A stretch of 64,000 bases of DNA, taken from Paraspadella gotoi (Eukaryota > Animalia > Chaetognatha). The notes under the pieces were generated by a model that worked only from the letters and a program-made list of their open reading frames with translations, was not told where the DNA came from and ran no database searches. A program made the translations under genes and the position numbers. The stretch is from contig CM119267.1 in assembly GCA_051294375.1 (NCBI GenBank), forward strand, positions 18,628,348 to 18,692,347. Direction: 5' to 3'. This document shows positions 1-36,365 of this stretch, piece after piece (the stretch's first letter is position 1; each line of letters begins with the position of its first letter).

Positions 1-17869
<17,869 letters not shown>

Positions 17870-19121
17870 ACCGGAAGTCGTTAATAGTGGGCGTGGCGAC
17901 GAGAACGAATGAACAAATCGGCTAATCGATAGATCACAAATAGACGCAAATTAAAAGAAGAAAAAGAAAAACTCAAACCGGACAAACCGAAGGAAGTCGG
18001 CCGCGGTTGAACCAATCAAATAACGTCAGGCTTTTGTTTGAAGTTCTGGACTCCGAACTCGATCCCAGCGCCCATTTGATTTTCACTTTTGAATTTTAGC
18101 GCCATTCGGAGACAAAAGATCAATAGATATGGTTTTTCGTTTGGTTTGGTTTGGTTTTCGTATTTGGTTTTCGCGTCTGGCGAAGACCAAAAAAAAAAAA
18201 AGAATAATTTTTTAAGCAATACGACTCATGAATTCGTACTTAATGATAATTATTTTTATGATTCTGTTTTTTTTTTTAAACTTTATTTAGTTTTTCCGTA
18301 TTTGACTTTTTTTCTCGCAAATCGACGGACCGTAACGCGTTCGCCCCAATCCGTTTCAACTCGAGCAGTTGAACATAGAAAAGCCATAGACACGATTTGG
18401 CAAATTCGGCTGTTCAATGTGTTTATATACTTTTTATTCTTTACAAAGAAACTCGTTTTACTGTAATTTAGCTTGTACTTCCTGTGTTGTTTCCCATAAA
18501 AACCCAACAATAATCGTTAAAAAACAAAAAAAAAAGGATAAATACAGGTGGCGACCGACCTTATATATATTTAATCGTAGACATTCTCATAGAAATTAAT
18601 AATAACATCTTTGTTGCGACTGACGACGTGGAAAAATAAAAGGGAATTCCGTTATTTCAAACAATAATAGTAGCCTATTTTAAAAGAAAAAATATGAAAA
18701 TTATATTCTTTTTACTACAAAATAAATTTTTTTTAATAGATCTTTTTATTTTTTTTAACAGCGGTTAAAGTGTCTGTCCCATTTCTTGGTCGCTTCCCCT
18801 CGTTTTTTTTTCTCCCGAAGAGAGATTTGTTTTCACCTAAAACATAACAGTGATGACTTATTTTTTTTTACATAATAAAAAAAAAACCTAAAAATATTAG
18901 CCTTTTTTCAATTCAAAACCAGTTCATCTCAGTCACGATAAAAACAACTCGTTTATTCCAATTCCAACAGAAACTTCTCGAACAAAAAATAGCTAATGTT
19001 TTATATAGATCACGCAATCCTAGGTTAAAAAAAAAAAAAATTAAAATTGACTAACTCGATTAGAATTTCTTGGAAATAAGGGAAAAAAGAAATCTAATTT
19101 ATGCGGAACGAAATTACGGAA

Positions 19122-23976
<4,855 letters not shown>

Positions 23977-24658
23977 CTGGCGGTAAAAGAAAGAAAAGCG
24001 AGACAATATAAATTCTCAACGGCGAAATAAAAAAAGAAAACAAAAGACAAATTGAGAAATTTTAAAGAAAAAAAAAAAAAGCAACATAATTTTAATTTTC
24101 GCAACAATTCTCTCCATTTGTTACAAACTGCGATGGAACTGGAAGCCATTTTGAACGGCCGCCTCTGCTACGTATTAAAAACCCCCATAAAAATTTCTTC
24201 GTAAAATGAACTTTTCCTAGAAAGTAATAAACGGGATATTAATCGTAAGTTTGAAAAAAGACCGCGGCGCCAGTGGGGCTGAAAGCCGAGGCTCCCTTTT
24301 GTTGAACAATGAGGAAAAAATAAGGTTTTAAAAGTCCGAGAGATGTCGTTTTAAAACCAGAGGGAACGACCGCTGAGAATGAGTTGTCAAACAGTCATTT
24401 AATATTAGTTAGAAAATCATTCAACCGGAAAACAATTTATTTCCCTTGGTTCGTTGTTTTTTGTCGCCATGGTGACGGCAAACGGTAAACATTTCTTTTT
24501 TCTTTCTTCGGCGTCGGAACGCGTCCATCGAAGGCTGTTGCCGTTTAGAGTCATTATCCGATGCCCGGTTAATTTATCGTCATCATACCTTCGCCCTGCG
24601 GTCGTTGCGACTTCCGAAGTTTGTTTAATCTTTCGAAGAACGTTAGTATGCATGGACT

Positions 24659-25351
24659 AGTTATCGACAAGATTGTGTCACTTAATAGTCCGTATCGACA
24701 AAAAGAGAAGACCTGGAGAGAGCTATGTCGTGAAACAAAGTCGATCGAACTGTCATGTTTTATGACGATTGAGTTGAAAGACCGAGGGACTTTGAAGATG
24801 TCTTTTAAAACCTAAAGCGAACAAGCTCTGATACTGCCTCACGCCGTCGTAAGACGTCGTCGATATCATCACTAATCTCCATTCCTGCGCTTCGTCGTCG
24901 TCGCATCCCTATCGCCGTCGTCTATCACCCATGAAAATGGTAGGAAAAACATTTATCGCGCCTTACAAAAGTTTTTCTCTTGTTATAAACGAGAGTCAGA
25001 ACAGAAGCGGCGTTAGCGAGGTCGACGCGTCGTCGTCATCTTCATCTTCGTCATCATCGTCGTCGACCGTTTACCGGCGTCACCAATTAACAATTAACCG
25101 GGATAGAATGAGGATGGATGTGGACGCATATAGTGGCACCGACCATTGGCGACGCTTGACTTAAATAAGAAACAATGATCACCGCGTTTTTCCGACGCTA
25201 TATTCTGAAAGCGCCCAATTTCTTTTCCATAAACCCTAATCCTTAATCCGTCGATTGTTAGCAGTTGTGATCAAGGTGCACGGTGACGTACACCTTTTCA
25301 CTTGCGTCTGAGAACAAAAGAAACTCAAATTGTTCAAAATGACGCTATAAT

Positions 25352-25434
<83 letters not shown>

Positions 25435-26536
25435 AGAAAGAATGATAGATTTATTTTCTTTTTTTTTTCCCCGAGATATCATTGATGGTGTATAACCGAT
25501 GACGACGACGATGAATGATGATGAAGATGAATACGACGACCACGATGATAACGACGATCGAACACGGCCGGAAAAGGCGGTGAATAATTGAGAAGGCAAT
25601 GAAGGAGACAAAAAAGTTTCCTCGGAAAACGACGTCGGCGATGATCGTTAAAAAGATTCGGACGACGAGAGAAAATTGACGGAAACAAAAGACGAAGAAA
25701 ACAAAAGAGAAAAAGAGACGGAAAAAAAAAGGAGGCGGAGAGGACGTTGATTACGACGAAGACGACGATGAGAAAGGTCATTCCGATCTCGTTAGTTGGA
25801 GCTGAATTGAGTTAAAGGACATTTATGATGAAGAGAAAGAAGAGATTGAGCGATTTAAGACGTTGAGGGTCAATGAGAATGCCAATGGTCAGAGTCAATT
25901 AAGACACCGTCAATGAAGTTTGAATCGCGAAGAAAAAAGAAGGAGATAAACGCAATGATGGTATTACCCTCATTGATAACCCGAAAGATTGTTTAGCATT
26001 GCAATTGAGAATATTTTAGCTACGATCGCCCTGGGAAACTGACTTATGTACAACGGTTATCATAACATTGTTAGCGGGCTGTCTTTAATAATTATTATTA
26101 TTACATAGTCATGATTGAATTATGTTGCTGTGCGAAAAACCTGTCAGACCGCAGATAAAGAAATTGATTTCTTTTTCAAAAAACAATAATGAATTAGCTT
26201 GTTATTACTATTTAGGTTTCTGATTTTAGATTAGAAGACACAAAGGCAAAAGCCAAGAGAAGAAAAAGGGCAAAGATTAAGAAAAAGTTAAAGGCAAAGA
26301 CTCGGCTTTATATCAAACGGAACCAGAAAATAGGAGAGACGAAAAAGAAAAAAAGACTAAAAGCGTGAGAGATTGAGAGAGACGCCATGGAATCTTCGAC
26401 GTGCCATCTTCAGTCTCCACTTTTCAGCCTCGGGAAGGAATAACGGGAAAAACCCTAAGCGGCGATCGCGAAGATGGTTTCCTGTCAAATCCCATGATTC
26501 ATGCTTTTGGACGAAGGGAAAAATTAAGGAGAGAGA

Positions 26537-26592
<56 letters not shown>

Positions 26593-26598
26593 TGAGGA

Positions 26599-26636
<38 letters not shown>

Positions 26637-27751
26637 AAGAGAGAGAGAGAGAAGGAGAGAGAGGAAGAGAAATAGATATCAGAAAGTGAATGTTCGCAAC
26701 CAATTTCGTATGTCATGCGTCTCAAGTCTATTAGCTATAATAGGATTTTCGATTTTTAGTTTGCGCCGCGAGTACTACGCGCCGCCTAATTGTTTTTTTA
26801 AAAGAAAATCTCATATAAAACTATGAAAATAAAAGACGTTATCCAATGCAGTACGTGGCCGGGGTGAAATACACGGAAATACACGGGATAACAAAGTCAC
26901 TGGAGTCCGCAACACTCAACATTTGAATTGTCCGCTCTTGTTTTTAAAAAAATTAGGTTATCATTTACATCTTTCAGACAGACAAACAGAAATATCCAAA
27001 GGAAACCAATCCGAGTATTGAAGCAGGAGCNNNNNNNNNNNNNNNNNNNNNNNNNAGTTATCGACAAGATTGTGTCACTAATAGTCCGTATCGACGAAAA
27101 AGAGAAGACTGGAGAGAGCTATGTCGTGAAACAAGTCGATCGAACTGTCATGTCTTATGACGATTGAGTTGAAAGACCGAGGACTTTGAAGATGTCTTTA
27201 AACCTAAAGCGAACAAGCTCTGATACTGCCTCACGCCGTCGTAAGACGTCGTCGATATCATCACAATCTCCATCCTGCGCTTCGTCGTCGTCGTCATCCC
27301 TATCGCCGTCGTCTATCACCCATGAAAATGGTAGGAAAAACATTTATCGCGCCTTACAAAAGTTTTTCTCTGTTATAAACGAGAGTCAGAACAGAAGCGG
27401 CGTTAGCGAGGTCGACCGTCGTCGTCATCTTCATCTTCGTCATCATCGTCGTCGACCGTTTACGGCGTCACCATTAACAATTAACCGGGATGGATGAGGA
27501 TGGATGTGGACGCATATTAGTGGCACCGACCATTGGCGACGCTTGACTTAAATAAGAAACAACGATCACCGCGTTTTTCCGACGCTATATTCTGAAAGCG
27601 CCCAATTTCTTTTCCATAACCCTAATCCTTAATCCGTCGATTGTTTAGCAGTTGTGAGTTCAAGGTGACACGGTGACGTACACCTTTCACTGGGTCTGAG
27701 AACAAATTGTTCAAAAATGACGCTATAATAAGAGAGAGGGAGTGGGACACA

Positions 27752-27799
<48 letters not shown>

Positions 27800-28937
27800 A
27801 TGATAGATTTATTTTCTTCTTTTTTTTCCCCGAGATATCATTGATGGTGTATAACGATGTAGACGACGACGATGATGATGAAGATGATAACGACGACCAC
27901 GATGATAACGACGATCGAACACGGCCGGAAAAGGCGGTGAATAATTGAGAGGCAATGAAGGAGACAAAAAGTTCCTCGGAAAACGACGTCGGCGATGATC
28001 GTTAAAAAGATTCGCGACGACGAGAGAAAATTGACGGAAACAAAAGACGAAGAAAACAAAAGAGAAAAAGAGACGGAAAAAAAAAAGGAGGCGGAGAGGA
28101 CGTTGATTACGACGAGGACGACGATGAGAAAGGTCATTCCGATCTCGGTTAGTTGGAGCTGATTGAGTTAAATGACATTTATGATGAAAGAGAAAGAAGA
28201 GATTGAGCGATTTAAGACGTTGAGGGTCAATGAGATGCCAATTGGTCAGAGTCAATTAGACACGTCAATGAAGTTTGAATCGCGAAGAAAAAATGAGGAG
28301 ATAAACGCAATGATGGTATTACCCTCATTGATAACCCGAAAGATTGTTTAGCATTGCAAATTGAGAATATTTTAGCTACGATCGCCCTGGGAAACTGACT
28401 TATGTACAACGGTTATCATAACATTGTTAGCGGGCTGTCTTTAATAATTATTATTATTACATAGTCATATTGAATTATGTTGCTGTGCGAAAAACCTGTC
28501 AGACGCAGATAAAAGAATTGATTTCTTTTTCAAAAAACAATAATGAATTAGCTTGTTATTACTATTTAGGTTTCTGATTTTAGATTAGAAGACAAAGGCA
28601 AAAGCCAAGAGAAGAAAAAAGGCAAAGATTAAGAAAAAGTTAAAGGCAAAGACTCGGCTTATTATCAAACGGAACCAGAAAATAGGAAGAGACGAAAATA
28701 GAAAAAAAGACTAAAAGCGTGAGAGATTGAGAGAGACGCCATGGAATCTTCGACGTGCCATCTTCAGTCTCCACTTTTCAGCCTCGAACGGAAATAACGG
28801 GAAAAACCCTAAGCGGCGATCGCGAAGATGGTTTCCTGTCAAATCCCATGATTCATGGCTTTTGGACGAAGGGAAAAATTAAGGAGAGAGAGAGAGAGAN
28901 NNNNNNNNNNNNNNNNNNNNNNNNTAAAAATTTAAGG

Positions 28938-28969
<32 letters not shown>

Positions 28970-29020
28970 GAGAAGGAGAGAAGAGAGAGAGAATGGAGAG
29001 AGAGAGAAGAGAAGAGAGGA

Positions 29021-29085
<65 letters not shown>

Positions 29086-29455
29086 GAGAGAGAGGAAGAG
29101 AAATAGATATCAGAAAGTGAATGTTTCGCAACCAATTTTCGTATGCAATGCGTCTCAAGTTTTAGCTAATAATGGATTTTCGATTTTTAGTTGCGCCGCG
29201 AGTACTAGCGCCGCCTATTGTTTTTTTTAAAAGAAATCTCATATAAAACTATGAAAATAAAAGACGTTATTCCAATGCAGTACGTGGCCGGGGTCGAAAA
29301 TACACGGAAATACACGGGATAACAAAGTCACTGAGTCCGCAACACAACATTTGAATTTCCGCTCTTGTTTTAAAAAAATTAGGTTATCATTTACATCTTT
29401 CAGACAGACAAACAGAAATAACAAAGGAAACCAATCCGATTATTGAAGCAAGAGC
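24659..29455 (+). repeat. Tandem duplication, ~2.4-kb unit (24659-27030 and 27056-~29455)
   Basis: Both units begin AGTTATCGACAAGATTGTGTCAC and differ mainly by 1-bp indels; joined at a 25-N gap. Confidence 0.85.
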
Positions 29456-29684
29456 GCTTTATCGCCGACGCCATCTCCCGGTCCGTTACGACGCGCGCCG
29501 GAATCGTGGAAGCAAGGAATCCGGCGAAATTGGAATCGAATCGGCGCCGATGTCGGCCAGAAGTCGGAGAAGATTGTCGGCCGGAATTCGAGATGTTGGT
29601 CAGAAGTAGCTCTCAATTATCCTTACACTCACCTCGGCGACTCGCCTCTCGTTTGACAGAGATGAATGTCGTCGGCGTCTCGTG

Positions 29685-30052
29685 TTCCGTTCGCCGTTCG
29701 TTCGCGTCCGTTCGCGCGTGTCCGTTTGTCGCGTTCCGTTCGCGTCCGTTCGCGTCCGTTCGGTGTCCGTTCGCCGTCCGTTCGCGTCCCGTTCGGCGGT
29801 CCGTATCGCGTCCGTTTCGCGTCCAGTTCGCGTCCGTTCGCGTCTCTGCGCGTTCGGCGTCCGTTCGCGTCGTCGCGTTCGCGTCCTTTCGCGTCCGTTC
29901 GCGTCCGTTCGCGTCCGTTCGCGTCCGTTCGCGTCCGTCCGTCCTATCGCGGTCCGTTCTGCGTCCGTTCGCGCCGTTCGCGCCTGTCGCGTCCGTTTCG
30001 CGTCCCGTTGCCGTCGCATCCGTTCGCGTCCGTTCGGTCTGTTCGCGTCCGG
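29685..30052 (+). repeat. CpG-rich decamer tandem repeat (GTCCGTTCGC)n
   Basis: Direct reading; explains the RSRPFASV pseudo-ORFs. Confidence 0.9.
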
Positions 30053-31510
30053 TTCCTTTATTTTCCTAACTCACTGTTTTTAAATTCTTTTTTTTTTTTC
30101 AACTTCTAGCTCTCTTTAACAAAGATATTTTATTGATATTACGAATTAATATCTCAGATAAGCCATTAAAAAAATGAATGAGAATGACTATCTTTACGAA
30201 AGCATCTACAGCTATAAAAATTAAGCTGCCCATGTCATTGTTTCAATTATAGAGTCAAAAGTTAATTATTCTAAATTTCAATCTTTTTTTAAAATATATG
30301 ACACTGATTAAATTATTATAATATAAAATATTATTACTATGAAAAAAAAAGATTTAGATAGCCAATCACAATTCTGATAAAAATCTTTAATTTACCCTCA
30401 GCTATTGATTTTTTGGAAATATGTCGTGTTTTTGAGTATCCTAATATAAATTAAAGCTGGGCCGCGTTCAATTTTATACTACAGTATTGCAAAGTATGTC
30501 ATTCTCTTTTTAGATTTGAAAGGCTTTCAGAGATAATAATATAATATTATTTTATTTTCAAATTCTTCCGAAATTTACTGAATCGTAAGAAAAAAAATTG
30601 AATCTAAAAAAAAGTTGGAGTGGAAAATGAAACCCGATTTTACAATGCCAACTTTTCTCACTCATTTGCCAAGGCAATATCTTAATGATCAATATAAAAT
30701 TTGCACAATAAATGACTTTAATATGTTCTACTCCATTAATTTAAAACCAATGAAAATAACCACTGGTTTTGCAAATGACAGCGTCATTTCTAACGCGCTT
30801 GTAAAATTGTCACAACTGCTACTCTCTTAATTTGGTTTAATTCTCTTGATTTTTTTTGTTCTAGCATTTTCATTCATTTTAATTTTCATTGTTTTCGCGA
30901 GCAGTTGTTTTGTTTTTGCTAATAATTTCGTATATAAAGTCATATATGTTCCTCTTTCCTCCTCTCTCTGCCCTCCACCCACCGCGCTTCCAACTGGTTC
31001 TCAACGAATTCGCCATTTGTGAGTCGCAATCGTCGTGACTCGTTCCTCACCTTTTCCCCATCAATCGTCGATTTGAAGTGAAGGGGGAAATTTCCTTTTT
31101 TTCTCCCGCTCAAAAGTGATTTTGGATCCTAATGAAGATGGTCGTCTGTCTTGGTCGAGAGAAAAAAGGAAGGATGGTCCGATGATGGGAACAAGAATAG
31201 GAAAATAATTAGGAGAAAAAAGAAGATGATAATTAGAAGTGGGTTAATAGAAAATAATGAAAAAAAGGAGGACGGCGGGAATATGGAGGTCAAAGAACAA
31301 AGACAAAAGACGAGGCAGCGGGCAAGAAAAATGGAGATCGGGCACGCAGGGTTAAGGGAGGTAGGGCGGATGGGGAGAAGAGGATATTGGGATTGGAACA
31401 ATGGACATGAGACAACGGAAAAAGAACACATCGGGCCAAGGCGAAACAAGAGACGATGCGATGAAAGGAGTTGGTGCGATGGAGAAGAGAGAGGGAAAGC
31501 GAGGAAGAAG

Positions 31511-31583
<73 letters not shown>

Positions 31584-33826
31584 AACCGGAACCAGTGTGT
31601 GAATGACATGACAAACAACAACGACGATGACAGTGAAGACTGATCCCTACTCTCGTTTTCCCTTTTTTTTTCTCAATAACATCGTTTGCCGGATACACCT
31701 CGGCAGAGGGCAGGGGGCGCGGATGCGTGGAAGTGGAAGAGAAATGAGGATGTGGAAAAATAAAATCGGAGAAAGCGGACAATACAAAGACCTTCAAAAA
31801 ACCCTACCGAATTAGACGAGGACGCGGGGGGGGGAGCTAGAGACGGTGAAGCGGGGGCGCCAAGCGGGCACGGGCGGGCGGCGGGGGGGGGGTGGGAAAC
31901 ATCCTGGTTGGAAAAACTATAATAATAAACAAAAAAATATGTGTAACCAGATGGGCCCCTTCTACCGTCTCGAATTGGGCAGAACGTGCGCCCAACGAAC
32001 AAAGAAGGACAAGAGCCACGAAACAGAGACCCCGTTTTTCCGCCACTCTCCTACCTGGTCAGCCTCTGCTGCCCGGAATACATCGTGTCATCTGGACACT
32101 CCGCCGTCCTCCGCGCTCCCGTCCCCTGACTTTCGCATGGGCCGATCATATCCTCCGCGCCGTCTGCTGAGAATTTTTCCTGCCTGCGGCTACAGGAACA
32201 GGGACGCAACAACGCACTCCACAAGTCAATCACCCTGGGTTATCACGCCTTACCACCGTGCAGTTCCGTCTCTTTAATCATTATATGAAACTCTTCGCTC
32301 AACCAGCGCGATTTATCTCTTCTGCTCTTGCATTATCGCAATCCGCCTAATCGGATTTTAGAGGCTGCAGCAAACACGGCGACTCTGCATTATTAAACTT
32401 GATTGCTCGCTATCAGCCATCTAAGCATTGCTCATCGTTTCGACTCTTCCCTCTCACTCTCTTCCGCCGCTTGCTCCTCTCTCTCTCTCTCTCCTCTCTC
32501 TACTCCTCCTCTCTCTCTCTCTCTCTCCAGCTTGCGAACGATCAGCGTCGCGATGGTCAAATAGAGGGATTACGCAAAGGCGGGGTTTACTCTTCACCCT
32601 CGTTTTCTTCGTTGCCGTTTTCTTCAATCAATGTTTCATTTCTCTCCATTTCCTCCCATTTTTTTCTCCGATTTTCATTCCTTATTTCTCACTTTCCTCT
32701 CTCTTTCATGAAGACTTCTCGTCTTTTTGTTCTCCCCCCTTTTTTTCCACCCCCGTCAACCCCCTCATTCTGTTCTCTATTTTAATCTCTCCGACACTAT
32801 ATCAAACTTCTGTCTCCTTCTTAACTTATCTTTTCCCTCCCCGATTTTTATGGACCCACCTATAGTTCCTTTCATTAATTCCGCACATCTCTTCTTTCGA
32901 CGAAGGCTGACCCCCTTCCTTTTCTTTCTCCGGGTCACCTCCTCGCCATCCTTCCTCCACCCATTCCCCCAGCATTCTCCCCACCTCGCCATCTTCTTAT
33001 CGTCTTTTCTTTTCCCTGTTTTTTCACTCAAACTTCCTTTCCTCCTTGACTTTCTCTCTTTTTTCTTACCAAAACTCATCAATCTATCAAATAACTTCTT
33101 CATTTCCTCTCCTTATTTTTCACCCCAGCTCGCCGAGGGTTCCACATCATAGGCGACACGTCCCCCAGCAAGTGCAGGCGGTATTCCTGGCTACTCTCGA
33201 CGAGCCCATTCTGTGGTTACCGGGCACTTATTCTCAGCTTGTTCGCCGATTTGATAGGCCGTGACGGCATGGCGCCTCTCACAAAAGTACACGAAAATGG
33301 CTAGGTCGGTCGCACTTTCTGGCTTCTGCACTATACCGCTCGCTCGTCGTCTGTCCGTTCGTTCTTCACACTTCTTTCTTCTTCTTTGCATCTCCTAATT
33401 CTGGCTTCAGTTTCGATTCAGTAACGTCGTCGTTATTCTTCTGCGTCGCGAAGCTCAACTGAAGCATCGTCGAACAGCGCAGAGCTAATTCAACTTCGCT
33501 CGTTGGTCGTCGAAATTAATGAGTCGGGCTTTTCAAAGGTTCGGGCTCTTGGAGTCGAGTCGAGGTTCGTCCATTTTTTTAAGTTGCTTTACGGACTTTC
33601 GTCTTCCCTTTGTGCATATTTTCATGGTAGGTTTGGTTAGTGTACGTGTTCATCCATTGTATTTCAGGGCGTCAAATAAAATGTACAAATCATTACTCTC
33701 GGTAGGATTTTTTAAGATCTCACAGTTACAAAAAATTTGTTGCCTTTCTCTCTCCTCAGTGTGGACTCATCGCACGCATTCTTCCTCTCTCTTCCCTCCT
33801 CTCTCTCCTCTCTTCCTCATTCTCTT

Positions 33827-33864
<38 letters not shown>

Positions 33865-34431
33865 GATATCAGAAAGTGAATGTTTCGCAACCAATTTTCG
33901 AATGCAATGCGTCTCAAGTTTTAGCTAATAATGGATTTTCGATTTTTAGTTGCGCCGCGAGTACTAGCGCCGCCTATTGTTTTTTTAAAAGAAATCTCAT
34001 ATAAACTATGAAAAATAAAAGACGTTATTCCAATGCAGTACGTGGCCGGGGTCGAAAATACACGGAAATACACGGGATAACAAAGTCACTGAGTCGCAAC
34101 ACAACATTTGAATTTCCGCTCTTGTTTTAAAAAAATTAGGTTATCATTTACATCTTTCAGACAGACAAACAGAAATAACAAAGGAAACCAATCCGATTAT
34201 TGAAGCAAGAGCGCTTTATCGCGACGCCATCTCCCGGTCCGTACGACGCGCGCCGGAATCGTGGAAGCAAGAATCCGGCGAAATTGGAATCGAATCGCGC
34301 CGATGTCGGCCAGAAGTCGGAGAAGATGTCGGCCGGAATTCGAGATGTTGGTCAGAAGTAGCTCTCAATTATCCTTACCCTCACCTCGGCGACTCGCCTC
34401 TGCGTTTGACAGAGATGAATGTCGTCGGCGT

Positions 34432-34848
34432 CTCGTGTCCGTTCGCGTCCGTTCGCGTCCGTTCGCGTCCGTTCGCNNNNNNNNNNNNNNNNNNNNNNNN
34501 NGCCGTTCCGTTTTCGCGTTCCGTTCGCGTCCGTTCGCGTCCGTTCCGGTGTCGTTCGCCGTCGCGTTCGCGTCCCGTTCGGCGGTCCTATCGCGTCCGT
34601 TTCGCGTCCATTCGCGTCCGCTTCGCGTCCTGCTTCGGCGTCCGTTCGCGTCCGTCGCGTTCGCGTCCTTGTTCGCGTCCGTTTCGCGTCCGTTCGCGTC
34701 CGTTTTCGCGTCCGTTCGCGTCCGTCCGTCCGTCGCGGTCCGTTCTGCGTCCGTTCGCGTTCCGTTCGCGCTCCTGTTCGCGTCCGTTTCGCGTCCCGTT
34801 CGCCGTCGCTTCCGTTCGCGTCCGTTCGCGTCGTTCGCGTCCGGTTCG
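34432..34848 (+). repeat. Second copy of (GTCCGTTCGC)n array
   Basis: Direct reading; interrupted by a 25-N gap. Confidence 0.9.
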
Positions 34849-35606
34849 CTTTATTTTCCAACTCACTGTTTTTAAATCTTTTTTTTTTTTCAACTTCTAG
34901 CTCTCTTTTAAACAAAGATATTTTATTATGATATTAACGAATATAATATCCTCAGAAAGCCCTTAAAAAAATGAATGAGAATGATATACTTACGAAAGCT
35001 CTAATATAAAAATTAAGCTGCCCAGTCTTGTTTCAATTATGAGAGTCAAAAGTTAATTATCTAAAATTTCAATTTTTTTTTTAAAATATATGACACTGAT
35101 TAAATTTATTATAATATAAAATATTATTACTGAAAAAAAAGAGATTTAAGATAGGCCAATCACAATTTGATAAAAATCTTAAATTTACCCTCCAGCTATT
35201 GATTTTTGGAAATATGTCTGTTTTTGAGTATCCTAATTAAATTAAAGCTGGGCCGGTTCAATTTTATACTACAGTATTTGCAAGTATGTCATTCTCTTTT
35301 AGATTTGAAAGGGCTTTCAGAAGATAATAATATTAATATTATTTTATTTTCAAATTTCTTCCGAAAATTTACTGAACGTAAGAAAAAAAATTGAATCTAA
35401 AAAAAGTGAGTTGGAAAATGAAACCCGATTTTACAAGCCAACTTTCTCACTCATTGCCAAGGCATATCTTAACTGATCAATATAAAATTTGCACACATAA
35501 ATGACTTTAATATGTTCTACTCCATTAATTTAAAAACCAATGAAATAACCACTGGTTTGCAAATGACAGCGTATTTCTAACCGCGCTTGTAAAATTGTCA
35601 CAATGT
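34845..35606. mobile_element. Left-truncated copy of the same MITE (a further noisy copy at ~30050-30820)
   Basis: Contains internal region and full right TIR ending GTCACAATG|TA; left TIR retained only from TTTATTTTCCAACTCAC, fused to the decamer array. Confidence 0.65.
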
Positions 35607-36291
35607 ACTCTCTTAATTTTGGTTTAATTCTCTGATTTTTTTTGTTTTAGCATTTTCATTCATTTTAATTTTCATTGTTTTCGCGAGCAGTTGTTTTGTT
35701 TTTTGCTATAATTTCGTATATAAACGTCATATATGTTCCTCTTTCCTCCTCTCTTGCCCTCCCCCACCCGCTTCCAACTGGTTCCAACGAATTCGCCATT
35801 TGTGAGTCGCAATCGTCGTGACTCGTTCCTCACCTTTTCCCCATCAATCGTCGATTTGAAGTGAAGGGAAATTTCCTTTTTTTTCCCGCTCAAAATGTGA
35901 TTTTGGATCTATGAAGATGGTCGGTCTGTCTTGGTCGAGAGAAAAAAAGGAAGGATGGTCCGATGATGGAACAAAGAATAGGAAAATAATTAGGAGGGAA
36001 AAAAGAAGATGATAATGTAAGGGTAATGAAAATAATGAAAAAAAGGAGGACGGCGGGAATATGGAGGTCAAAGAACAAAGACAAAGAACGAGGCAGCGGG
36101 CAAGAAAAATGGAGATCGGGCACAGGGTTAAGGGAGGTAGGGCGGATGGGGAGAAGAGGATATTGGGATTGGAACAATGGACATGAGACAACGGGAAAAA
36201 GAACACATCGGGCCAAGGCGAAACAAGAGACGATGCGATGAAAGGAGTTGGTGCGATGAGAGAAGAGAGAGGAGAAAGCGAAGGAAGAGAG

Positions 36292-36365
<74 letters not shown>

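Noticed and set aside
29443-30109. Overlapping Arg/Ser-rich ORFs (also 34261-34931)
   Set aside because: Stop-free decamer repeat open in most frames; copies differ by frameshifting indels.
31837-32046. Signal-peptide-like ORF MAEKRGLCFVALVLLC (duplicated at 36613)
   Set aside because: Starts at GTG not ATG, lies in duplicated repeat-like block, no clear donor or domain.
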